Program-made: the position numbers and the translations under genes
Assembly: GCF_052425735.1 (NCBI RefSeq)
Contig: NC_135758.1
Location: 12,648,001-12,712,000 of the forward strand
DNA: 64,000 nucleotides
Reading direction: 5' to 3'
From: Oculina patagonica
Taxonomy: Eukaryota
Shown here: positions 1 through 13,100 of the stretch, piece by piece
Numbering within the stretch: position 1 is the stretch's first letter
Layout of the letters: each line of letters begins with the position of its first letter
The notes under the pieces: model-generated
What the model saw: only the letters and a program-made list of their open reading frames with translations
Told to the model about the DNA's origin: nothing
Databases searched by the model: none

Positions 1-996
1 TAGGAGGCATGTCTTACTTTATAAATGGAATATAAACATATGGCGGGATGCGGTTCAGCAACCCTCAAGCTAAAATTAGGTGCTTTAAAATTTGTTTTTC
101 ATCGCGGTGTTTAGAACACATATTTTCCATATTTCTGTCGAGTTATAGAAACTCGATCGCCTATCGTCTCGTGTTACCACAGCATTTCTCGTTCTCCCAA
201 ACTTCCACTCGTGTTCCTATAGCTCGATAGATATTTTTTATTTCTTAAATACAATGGGGTCAGGAGCTAACCATTTTTAAGCGATGACGTCATCGCTTAT
301 TGCCATGGCACGACGGGCGCTTTTATTCTGTCGCGATCGAACAGAAATCAAGTTTTAAAACTTAAAACAAGAAAACGCCGCGTAGAACACAAAATCAAAA
401 TACTCCCGTGCAGTTAGAATGGAACACTACAATGAATAAACGAACGAGATAAATTATAAATGATGGGATCTATTAGATTAAGTAGACAGAAATTTTTTAA
501 TGCTTATAATATAAAGGGCCGCTGTGAGCAAGAGACCGTTTGACCTTTCTTTAAAAGCTTGCTAGCGCGTATCGTATGTCGTTCATCAGATGTCACACTA
601 TAATATAACGCAATCTCTGTTGAGACAACATAGGGAAATCTAAAAAAAATAGAATATAAAATAAAATATAACTGTTGTTCAATTGAGCAAATCTACAAAG
701 AAAATGTATTAATTGCATCTTTTGCCTGTGAATTTATAAGTACTGTATTTATTTAAATTCAATCAGATCCTAACTATGCTATGCTATTTATACAATCACT
801 TACATTGCTTCTTATGTTTGAAAAATGTAAGCTGCAGTTGGATAACAGTCTTTTTCACGCACAAAGTGTCAGCTACTTTTATTTACGATACGATTTTGAC
901 AAATTTCCTCAAAATTATGTAAGACCCCTTGTGAAACGTCATCGCTTCTGCATGCATTGCGTGCCATTTATTCTATATTTATCATGAAATTGTTAG

Positions 997-3900
997 AATC
1001 ATCCAAGCCTTCCATTTATGGTAGTGGATCGCCTAAGACGATAGAAGCTCAAGATCGAAGTCCAATCACCTTGAACATTGGTGATAACGTGACAGCACTC
1101 ACCAATACAAGGATAGCTATTCACTGTCCGGCCAGCGGTGTACCAATACCTACTGTAACGTGGACAAAAGATGGTCAAGAAATCATCAGCGATGGCAGGT
1201 ACACCGTTCAGGATGATGGTCCGTTGTTGATCCGTGAAGCTGATGAAGAGGACACTGCTCGATACACGTGCACTGCAAACAATGTTGCTGGTAAAGATAG
1301 TGCATCAAGCACGGTGACGACTGTCAGTAAGTAGGCTAAACCCTCTCAAAATACTGTGTGGTAGTATCCATGTAATAAATATTGTAAAATTCATTAAATA
1401 TTCATGCGGGTGCAAACCAATCCGAGTACCATATTCAGATCACATGTACACAACTGTAAACCCCAATACAAATCATACAATAGAATTAACTTTTGATACA
1501 AACTTCTGCTCAGCTAATTAGTATTTATTAACTTTTGATACAGATCTGTACTGATTCGCATAACAATACTTTGTATTCAATTTATTGGTTTCATTTCACA
1601 AGTAGAATAAAATATTCGCGTCCGATCAGTATGGGCGTTTACAATCTCCCGCTCATATTTTATCTACTACATAAAGATGGTCAATTTTAAGCTCGGTAAA
1701 AAATAAAAATGAATTGTTCAATAATGACACGAGCATGGTACAAAGAAAAATCTGAGTCCGCAACGGGAATCGAACCCATGACCTCCCAGATACCGGTTTG
1801 GCGCTCTTACCAGCTGTGCTACGAGACTAGCCCAAATGGCCCAGCTCACAACGAGTCTCTTGTAGCTCAGTTGATTAGAGCGCCCAACCGGTATCTGTGG
1901 GAGGCCATGAGTTCGATTTCCGTCGGGGACTCAGATTTTTCTTTGTCCCATGCTCGTGTCATTGTTGAAGAATTCATCTTCAGTATCTATATAGTTTAAA
2001 CAGTAACTTTTAACAGTTATTTATATTTAACCTGAGAAAACTTACATTTAAATGTGTTTATCAGTGTTAATAAAGTACGGTGACAAAAAACATCATTAAA
2101 TCTATTTATTTTCACAGAGCCCACCAAACCAAAGATAGAAGTACCTAGGCCTGGACGAGATATTCCCGTTGGCGATGGTAGTCCAGTGACGATGAACGTT
2201 GGTGATAACGTGACAGCAGCTTCAAACACTATCATCACCATCAGGTGTCCAGTTAGTGGAATACCAACACCATCCGTTACCTGGGAGAAAGAAGGAGTGC
2301 TACTTCTAGACCAAGAGAGGGTTTCTGTTAGAGTGGACTCTTTAGTAATAAGAGGAGCAGAAGTAGAAGATAGCGCAAAGTACACTTGTAGGGTCTCAAG
2401 TCTGGCCGGAATGGATAAGCTTTCTTCTGTCATCAAGATAATTGGTTAGTGATACACTGGTTTACTACCTTCCGAACTGTAACCAGACCTTTGCCATAGG
2501 CGGGGCAAGATCTTGCTAGGGGGTTCTGGGGGCATGCCTTCCAGAAAATTTTGGAATCCAGAATCTCCGAAGCTGAAGCATTTTTGATGGCGTATTTCGT
2601 GGGAACAAAATCAATCTTGTTCAACTGGGGATTGTTTCCCAACAAAACATATGAAAACAAATCTAGGCGAGGCAAGCGCCTCGTCTTGCCTCTTGCTAGT
2701 TTCAGCCCTGGTCCTAGCGTTGGAAATAAGTTGTTTAACAGTATTTGTTCACTTCCGTTGAAAGGTCCCTCAAAACCAAAGTTTAACATCTCTGCTACAC
2801 CGAAGACGATAGAAGCTCAAGACCGAAGTCCCATTACTCTGACCATTGGTGATAACGTGACAGCACTCACCAATACAAGCATTACCATTCAGTGTCCCAC
2901 CAGCGGCGTACCAACACCAACTGTCACGTGGACAAAAGATGGTCAAGAAATAACCAATGATGGCAGGTACACCGTTCAGGATGATGGTTCATTGCTGATC
3001 AGTGAAGCTGACGAAGAAGACAGTGCTCGATACACGTGCACTGCAGTCAGTGTTGCTGGTGAAGATAGTGTATCAAGCACGGTACAGGTCGTTGGTAAGT
3101 AGGTGAAAGTCTTATGTGTGAAGACCGGATTAGGAAAATCTAGAATCCTAACCTATACCAAAGTGATGGCAAAATTAATATTTTCAATTTAACATAATTG
3201 TCTACAAGAATAATTAAATCTTGTGTTGGATGATTGGTTTAATCTACGCTTTCGTTAGTTCCAGCTATTGTTCCAGAAATCGTGCTGCTAAAATCCAAGG
3301 TTAAAAAAATTATCACGGTAAAATTATCACGATAGTCTAAAAGCTAGGTACAAAATTTGCGAAAAGCGCAAAAAATATGCGCTAAAGTAACGAAAAATAA
3401 CCCAAACTTATCGTAATGCACACAGAGCCCAAGAAACCAATGATCAAGGTCCCTGATACGAAACGAGAGATTCCCGTTGGTGATGGCAGTCCAGTGGCTA
3501 TGAACGTTGGTGATAACGTGACAGCAGCTTCAAACACCACCATCACCATCAGGTGTCCAGTTAGTGGAGTACCAACACCGTCTGTGTCCTGGAAGATGGA
3601 GGGCGTCCAAATTACTGAAGGAGTCAGGTTTTCCATTACTGCTGATAACAGTCTGGTTCTCAAAGGACCGGGTATAGAAGACAGCGCCAAGTATACTTGT
3701 AGTGTTCAAAGCGAGTTTGGAAAAGATGATACTTCTTCTGTTGTGACGATAGTAGGTAAGTGCTAATTCATAGTCCATTCAAGATACTGGGAGTTGGATT
3801 AAGGTAAAGGGAAAAAAGTTTTAATGTAGACGATTTGGCTTCCTTAATAATCGCTTGGGTATGCTCTCGCAACTCTGAAACAGACACATTTTGTCTGAGA

Positions 3901-6900
3901 AAGCTTTAACTTGGGTCAACATTAAGCTAAGGTACTTAAAAGTAATTCGCGTTGATGTCGAAAATTCAAGGAGATATCCCTCAACCCTCAAGCGTTTGGG
4001 AAACGCTGTGGCCAAATAGTTAGCGCGATGGACCCGGGTCGAGCGATCCGGAGTCGAGCCCCAGCTGTGATCACAACGTTGTGTTCTTAAGCAAAATACT
4101 TTACTCTCTTAGTCTCATAGTCCCTCTTTCCACCCAGGTGTCCGGCGAATGAATTTAATGCTGGGGTTTACCCTGTGATAGACTATATCCCACCCAGCGG
4201 TGGGGGGGGGGGGGGGGGGGGGCAGAAATAACCCTAGTCGCTTAGTACTAAGGAAACTGGGATTAACACCAACCTGATGCGCCACTATGCCCGAACGAAT
4301 ACATTACCAAATGTCGAAAATGGATGTTTGATTAACAACCACCTTTTTCTATGATAGAACCCTCCCCGCCTGCCGTAAATAGTCCTGATAAGCCAAAGAC
4401 GATAGATGCCCAAAACCAAAGTCCAATCACCATGACGATTGGTGATAACGTGACAGGACTTACCAATACAAGCATCACCATTAAGTGTCCTACAAGTGGC
4501 GTACCTACACCTACTATCACGTGGACAAAAGATGGTCAAGTCATCTCTAGTGGTGGCAGGTACACAGTTCAGGATGATGGTTCATTGCTGATCAGTGAAG
4601 CTGACGAAGAAGACAGTGCTCGATACACGTGCACTGCAGTCAGTGTTGCTGGTGAAGATAGTGTATCAAGCACGGTACAGGTCGTTGGTAAGTAGGTGAA
4701 AGTCTTATGTGTGAAGACCGGATTAGGAAAATCTAGAATCCTAACCTATACCAAAGTGATGGCAAAATTAATATTTTCAATTTAACATAATTGTCTACAA
4801 GAATAATTAAATCTTGTGTTGGATGATTGGTTTAATCTACGCTTTCGTTAGTTCCAGCTATTGTTCCAGAAATCGTGCTGCTAAAATCCAAGGTTAAAAA
4901 AATTATCACGGTAAAATTATCACGATAGTCTAAAAGCTAGGTACAAAATTTGCGAAAAGCGCAAAAAATATGCGCTAAAGTAACGAAAAATAACCCAAAC
5001 TCGTAATGCACACAGAGCCCAAGAAACCAATGATCAAGGTCCCTGATACGAAACGAGAGATTCCCGTTGGTGATGGCAGTCCAGTGGCTATGAACGTTGG
5101 TGATAACGTGACAGCAGCTTCAAACACCACCATCACCATCAGGTGTCCAGTTAGTGGAGTACCAACACCGTCTGTGTCCTGGAAGATGGAGGGCGTCCAA
5201 ATTACTGAAGGAGTCAGGTTTTCCATTACTGCTGATAACAGTCTGGTTCTCAAAGGACCGGGTATAGAAGACAGCGCCAAGTATACTTGTAGTGTTCAAA
5301 GCGAGTTTGGAAAAGATGATACTTCTTCTGTTGTGACGATAGTAGGTAAGTGCTAATTCATAGTCCATTCAAGATACTGGGAGTTGGATTAAGGTAAAGG
5401 GAAAAAAAAGTTTTAATGTAGACGATTTGGCTTCCTTAATAATCGCTTGGGTATGCTCTCGCAACTCTGAAACAGACACATTTTGTCTGAGAAAGCTTTA
5501 ACTTGGGTCAACATTAAGCTAAGGTACTTAAAAGTAATTCGCGTTGATGTCGAAAATTCAAGGAGATATCCCTCAACCCTCAAGCGTTTGGGAAACGCTG
5601 TGGCCAAATAGTTAGCGCGATGGACCCGGGTCGAGCGATCCGGAGTCGAGCCCCAGCTGTGATCACAACGTTGTGTTCTTAAGCAAAATACTTTACTCTC
5701 TTAGTCTCATAGTCCCTCTTTCCACCCAGGTGTCCGGCGAATGAATTTAATGCTGGGGTTTACCCTGTGATAGACTATATCCCACCCAGCGGTGGGGGGG
5801 GGGGGGGGGGGGCAGAAATAACCCTAGTCGCTTAGTACTAAGGAAACTGGGATTAACATCAACCTGATGCGCCACTATGCCCGAACGAATACATTACCAA
5901 ATGTCGAAAATGGATGTTTGATTAACAACCACCTTTTTCTATGATAGAACCCTCCCCGCCTGCCGTAAATAGTCCTGATAAGCCAAAGACGATAGATGCC
6001 CAAAACCAAAGTCCAATCACCATGACGATTGGTGATAACGTGACAGGACTTACCAATACAAGCATCACCATTAAGTGTCCTACAAGTGGCGTACCTACAC
6101 CTACTATCACGTGGACAAAAGATGGTCAAGTCATCTCTAGTGGTGGCAGGTACACAGTTCAGGATGATGGTTCATTGCTGATCAGTGAAGCTGATGGAGA
6201 AGACAATGCTCGATACACTTGCACTGCAGATAGTGTTGGTGGTAAAGACAGCGCTTCAAGCACAGTAACGATTATTGGTAAGTAGTGGAACTCATACCAA
6301 GCGAAGAACGTGCCTTACAAATAAACTAATTTACTTGCTCTTTTTTAAATTGTGAACATAAGAACTTTCCTTTTTGTCGATGTTTCACTTGTGAATAGTG
6401 CGCTGCCCTTTAACATTAAAGCATTATCCACTCTCGCCGATTTATAAATAAAAAAATAAATAAAATAAATGGTGTCTATAGTGGTCATGCACTTAGCTTC
6501 ATATCTCTACGAGATAGCTAGTTTACAGGCACGCCACTGAAACAGAGGAAACAAATATTTTTAAATGAACATAACAAGGTTAAAAATCCCAACTGGCAGG
6601 AGGCAGATCAGTTTGGCTTTATAAAAGCGTGGTCGAGGATTTGAACTCGGGACAACCGAGAAACAAATCCAGCTAGTGGCCAAAACAGGTCTTGAACCGG
6701 GGACCTCCGGATTACAACACCAGCGCCCCAAACCACTCGGCCACGTTTGCCACCTTAAACCGGTCTTTTAACAAGACCGGTTTTCCATCTTACGATTTAA
6801 GACAAGGCAGTCAACTGTGCATGATTATTTTTCGCAGACCCCGTCAAGCCGGTGATCGAGGTTCCTAAAACCGGACGAAAGATTCCCGTTGGCGATGGCA

Positions 6901-9900
6901 GTCCAGTGACTATGAACGTTGGTGATAACGTGACAGCAGCATCAAACACTACCATCACCATCAGGTGTCCAGTTAGTGGAGTACCAACACCATCTGTTAC
7001 CTGGGAGAAAGATGGAGCACATATTACTCAAGGAAGGACTCTTTTCGTCACAACTGACAATTCTTTAGTCATAAAAAAGGCAGATGCTGATGGCAGTGCA
7101 AAATACACTTGTAGCATTCAAAGCGAGTTTGGGAAAGATGACATTTCATCCGTTGTCAAGATAATCGGTAAGTGCAGTTAGTGCTTATAACGTTTCATTT
7201 TTGAGGTGGCTCCTGCACCAGGCTACTAGCTACAGAATATTATACTCAGTCCGTTGTCATTTCGTCGCCCGTTACGTGTAGTGCCTGTATTGCTGCTGTT
7301 GATGTACAAAACACAGTTAAATGTCTGTTGGGTAGAAAATTTGCTTCAAGACAAGAAGAGTATATTTTTCATGATTTGCCGCATTTGCTTCCAAAGTGAC
7401 ATAAACTGGCAGCCAGAAATCAAGTTAATATTAAGAGATTTACACATCGAATTCTGCTCATCCTCAGACTTTCAGTGTCTTAGTGTCTCATTTGGCTTTC
7501 TTTAATGTTAATGCGTGGTACGCACGTGGCCCCATGGGGAAATAGGACGACTTTTAACTTTGAACTCTGTTTTCGGCTGGTAATTAATTCATACCACCAC
7601 CTCGCGCGGAGCCAATTCAGTTTTGCAGTTTTATTAATTTTAAGACAAGTATCAACTAAAACAGCGTTAGGTGCCTTTTAGATGACAACAATTTCTTAAA
7701 CGTACTTTAAAAGTTCATCGTTTTACTCATAACTCTCACTGTACGTTATTTTTACAGGGCACAAGAAGCCTGTTATTATAATTTCTGACAGGCCAAAGAC
7801 AATAGAAGCTCAGGATCGAAGTCCCATTACTTTAACCATTGGTGATAACGTGACAGCACTTACAAATACAAGCATTACCATTCAGTGTAACACCAGCGGC
7901 GTACCAACTCCATCTGTTATGTGGACAAAAGATGGCCAGGAAATTCCCCGTGGTGGCAGATATAGAATTCAGGATGATGATTCATTGCTGATCAGTGAAG
8001 CTGAAGATGGAGACTCCGCTCAATACACGTGCACTGCAGACAGTGTTGCTGGTCAAGACAGGGCTTCAAGCACAGTTCAGATTGTCGGTAAGGTTTTCCT
8101 CGTCTTCTGTTTCGGAAACCAAATTGCTTTTGAATCACGCCGTCTTTGAAAACATGGTTTCGCGTTCGCTTCCGTTTTGACAACCTCAATAAATTGAGAA
8201 ACTATTAATACTTGTTCTCCTACGTAGACCCCATTAAGCCAGTTATAAAGCTGCCCGAACCTGCACAAAAGATCCCCGTTGGAGATGGCAGTCCCGTGAC
8301 TATGAACATTGGTGATAACGTGACAGCAGCTTCAAACACTACCATCACCATCAGGTGTGCAGTTAGTGGAGTACCAACACCAGCAGTTACCTGGCAGAAA
8401 GACGGAGTGCCTCTTATTTCCGGAGACAAAATTTCCATCATAAATAAAACCCGGTTGGTTATTCGAGAACCAGTAGGAGACGACAGTGGAAAATACACTT
8501 GCAGTGTTGAAAGCAAGTTCGGGAAGGACAGCTTGTCCTCCATAGTAAAAATACTGGGTAAGTGTCTAATCCCAAATTTTCGATGTTCTTGTAACGTAAT
8601 AAAAACGAGGCATCTGGATTCTTTCTTTTTTATGCGTAAATAGCTGTCTTTATCTTCCGTGGCGTAGCCATCCTTGTTAATTTTCAGTTTATTATTTCTT
8701 TGGTGCTTGTCTACGCTAAGGAAGTATTATTTTGAGGTTTCCTTAAATTTAATAATAATTTTGCACATCATGACAAAGTAACGAACTTAAAATATTGTTA
8801 CTAAGTTACTTAGAATTAATTTTCGTTGAATAGAAGAAAAAGTGACAGTGACACAGTTACGTTTTCAGTGTAAATTTCCAATTTTCTTTTCAAGTCATTC
8901 CCTTTATTTCACGGTAAAATGAACAAAACATTTTTGCATGGTCTTCTCAAATTCTTGGCAAACTACAAAGTTTCAATGTGTACCTTAATTACCTTAATGT
9001 AATGGGCGCCCTGTATTTCATGGTTTTACATAATGTTCTTCGCAGGGCCTTCTAAGCCTAAGGTAGAAACTTCAAAGAAACCAAAGACAGTAGAAGCTCA
9101 AGACCGAAGTCCTATTACCTTGACCATTGGTGATAACGTGACAGCACTAACCAATACAAGCATTACCATTCAGTGTCCCGCCAGCGGCGTACCAACACCG
9201 ACTGTCACGTGGACAAAAGATGGTCAAGAAATCCCTAATGATGGAAGGTACATAGTTCAGGATGATGGGTCATTGCTGATTATTGAAGCTGATGAAGAAG
9301 ACAGTGCTCGATACACGTGCACTGCAGACAATGTTGCTGGTCAAGATAGTGCAACAAGCACGGTGCAGATTGTTGGTAAGTCTTTTTATAGACTACTTTG
9401 ATATTTTTTGAATGCCCCACTCATTAGCAATCTTCACGTGTGGAGTTCACACTTTATGGAATATTGTAGCTCATTATGTCTTCTTGCACGGTGCCTTGAA
9501 TTGGACGCTTTAATCGTCTTATTACAGATGCATCGTATTAATTTCTGTCCCGTCATTTTACTCGCTAAATAAACCGGCATTATTTTGTTAAAAGTGACTA
9601 AATTTGTCGCCGAAACCATTGGCTCATAAATGCGATTTAGGTAGAAGGACAGGACTGGGTAGCCAGCGTAGGAGGCGTAAAACGGGAAGGGGGCAGTAGG
9701 TGGATTGAGGAAATTCGAGGAGTGAAAATATAGTTGGGGCTACCCTGCGACGCTAGGTATTGATGCTGCATGAATGAACACAAATGTGCAGTAAACAGGT
9801 TATTTTTATATCACACAGAGCCCGTTAAACCTGCGGTCGATGTCCCCAAGATTGGACAAAAGATTCCCGTTGGTGATGGCAGTCCAGTGACTATGAACGT

Positions 9901-10151
9901 TGGTGATAACGTGACAGCAGCTTCAAACACTACCATCACCATCAGGTGTCCAGTTAGTGGATTACCAACACCAGCTGTTACCTGGCATAAGGACGGTGTT
10001 CAAGTTATTGAACTGGAGAGAATAAGATTCACTGCCGATAACAACTCGTTAGTTATTGAGGGAGCGACGGCTGTGGACAGCGCAAAGTACACTTGCCGTG
10101 TTCAAAGTGTGTTTGGAGTGGACGAGTTGTCTTCTGCGGTGACTATTATAG
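997..10151 (+). CDS. Ig exons 1-12: first alternating A/B cluster (6 A-B pairs)
   Basis: Odd exons are A type (DRSPITLTIGDNVTALTNTSITIQCP..GVPTPTVTWTKDG). Even exons are B type (IPVGDGSPVTMNVGDNVTAASNTTITIRCPVSGVPTP). Exons are 327-333 nt with phase-1 introns. Confidence 0.92.
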
Positions 10152-13100
10152 GTATGTTTTGTCATCTGCTAACAACATCTACGTCTCTTGTTACCAGCTG
10201 ACAAGTTATATTAGTTTTCGTATAAAATAAAATTTGATGTCAGTAAAAAATTTAAAAAACAAAACAAAATAACTTCAAAATAACAAAGCCAGTTGTATAT
10301 AAAAGGCTGTTAAGAATGAAATGACTTTAAAGAAGAAATGTTTCCATTCAGATTAGCTCCCTCAAATTGTATTAGAAAGTTTGCCATGATTTAAATGCAA
10401 ATTAATAATAATAAAATAATAATAATAAATCTTTATTTCAACACGGTAAAAATCATCAGGACTTAAAATTACTTAATTTAAAATTACTTAATACCTATTT
10501 TACATAATAAATTTAAATTACATTAGTCGTCTACAATTAGTTATAATAAAAGAAATGCCTGCTTTCCATGAATGCCGTGTGATGTTAATATTTACATTGA
10601 TTTTAGCCAAAAATGAAACTGCTGCAGCCGGATTTAAAGCTAGTGAGACCTGCTACGCTTTAGGATGCCAATGCCAGATGCGCAAAGTGTACTTTGCGCA
10701 ATAATCACTGATGTTCGTGCTGGTTCTAACTGCCGACAGACAAACTGGTAAAAGGACGTGTCTATCTTATCATTCTTACCGTACCCAAATTAGCGAGTAG
10801 CCAATCAGAAGCGCGATCTTCTGTCCTGATATCCTACGATATCAAGTCACTGACCTGATATGCCACCATATCACGGTCACTTTGAAGTAAAGTAGTGTTA
10901 CCGTACGATGAATTGAAAAAAGGTTTTACCAATAAAACGGAACCTCGTATTTTAAATTTAGCTGGTGTTTAGTGGTCGTAAAAGGAGAAAAACTTTCCCG
11001 CCAAAACTAAACTTGAACGTGCTCGCCAATTGCGCGATGTTTGCTGTCGAGTACTGAGACATTCAGACTGAAACAATGGAGTCGGAATTTTTCACATTTT
11101 TCGCTAAATTTGGATTTGGAAATTTAGAGAATGAAACTCCAAACAAACAAGTGGGAAAAAAGGCAGAAGAGGAACTTGTTTAAAGTGTTCAAGACTAAAA
11201 ACGTATTAATACAAGTAGGTCAACACAATTTGTACTTCGTACCTGGCAAGCATGGCTTCAACAGAGCGATAAATAGTAACAGGATTTTTGGCTGAATTTG
11301 GGTACGGTAAATACCTAATCGTACCTTTTTGGTACGCTTCGGCTGCATATCAGGCTCGTTTGGTCTCGCCATGGGTATTTTGGCTCGACTGCGTCTCGCC
11401 AAAATACGGACCATGGCTCGACCAAACTTGCCTGATATACAGCCGAAGCGTACCAAAAAGGTACGATTAGGTATAAAAATTATGACAATAATTTGAACAG
11501 ATTTTACATTTATATACACAAATTCTTACTGTCACTGTCAATCCATTCCGACAATCTAAATTTCAATCCATCCTTAACACAAGTAGATGCGCTTAGCAAT
11601 GCAATTAACTGTTGTTATTCTTTCAAAAATTGTTTTAGACCCAGTCACACCTCAAATAACCTCTTTACTTGGGGATATAACTTCATATAGTCAAGATCCA
11701 GTCAACATCACCATCGGACAAAACCTTCTCACAGTAATCGATACTACATTGTCAATTTACTGTGCGGCGACTGGCATACCTGTTCCGAAGATTACTTGGA
11801 CGAGAGGAAATGAGACTCTTCCCTCGGATGGTCGGATGAGCGTAAAAAACAGAACTCTTGTTATAGTCGAGCTGGAGATTTCTGACAGTAGAAACTATAC
11901 ATGCTCCGCAGAGAATACCGCAGGAGCAGCTTCAGTCTCGTCAAACGTGACAGTTGCAGGTTAGCATGTAATTTTTATTGAAGTCTTTGGTAAATCGTAT
12001 ACAACTGATATTTCTCATCATGGAGGAGGGGACTTTTGATGTTTTGAAAACGAAATACCTTGTAGATCAGAATAAAGTGCGATTACTGTCCATTAAACTG
12101 GTGTAGTCGCAAACGAATGCGCTCTTACTAACTATTTATAGCCGGGCCAAAGACATATTTAGCAGATTGTCCCGGAAAAATCTCAATCTTTCTGTCTTGG
12201 AAATGTTTTACTTTCTTTCAGTTCCTACACCGCCAGAAATCATTCGCACAGGGATTAAAGATTTACAAGTCCTTCAACCCAAGTCAATAAAAGCTGTTAT
12301 TGGTAGCACAGTTCTCACGATCAGTGGTAACAATGTGTCAATATCTTGTGATGTGACGGGTTTTCCAACTCCATCCGTTGAATGGACTAAAGATGGCGTT
12401 TCCTTTGGAACAGAGGATTCCATTTTAACTCTCTCTTCTGTAAATGTTGACGACACTGGTTTATATTCGTGTACGGCCACCAGTCCCTTGGGTCCGTTTG
12501 ATTCACAGAGCACAAATTTGACAGTGATAGGTATGTGTTCAACTCACTTTACAAAGAGGCTAACGGTTACCCGATTTAACAAGACATATACGTTTAAAAT
12601 GAATAGAATAATTGATGTGAAAATTCAAAGGAGCTACCTTACTATGAAGTAGGTCCACTGACACTCAACTATATGGCACATGTAAATTTTGAATTTTTTT
12701 TTTACATTTTAGTTGCAAATATTTAAAACAAACAAACAATCTCTGCCTACCAACTAAATAAATTGATGGAAACAAACAACTGACTAATAATTTAGCAATT
12801 ATGATCGATAATACGAGTTATGGATATGCTTGAAATTTGTTGAAATTGTTTGTTGCTTCGCAATGTTCAATGTAGCTAGCTTTAAAAATGCACCAAAGAA
12901 CTTTATTGACTGTGCAGGCTTTTCAGCTTTGGAATGTAAAGAAGCCCTTTCGATTTAAAGGTATACGTATATAGTTATACATACAGTTATAGGTATCGGC
13001 AAAGTGGAGAGACCCGTTGGGTTACGAACCAGATAACGGCTGCGAGAAACATTGACTCAGCATGCAAAATGAAACTACCTGTTATCTCTTACTTTCACTC

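Larger units (their letters stand above)
2974..6194 (+). repeat. ~1.59-kb direct tandem duplication (2974-4604 / 4567-6194)
   Basis: Exons and introns are near identical at offset 1590-1593. Differences seen: a 3-nt indel before the B exon, two homopolymer lengths and one C/T. Confidence 0.93.

Noticed and set aside
1853-1932. Genuine tRNA gene
   Set aside because: The anticodon arm is not canonical, and the unit is one arm of a palindromic repeat with a non-tRNA tail.
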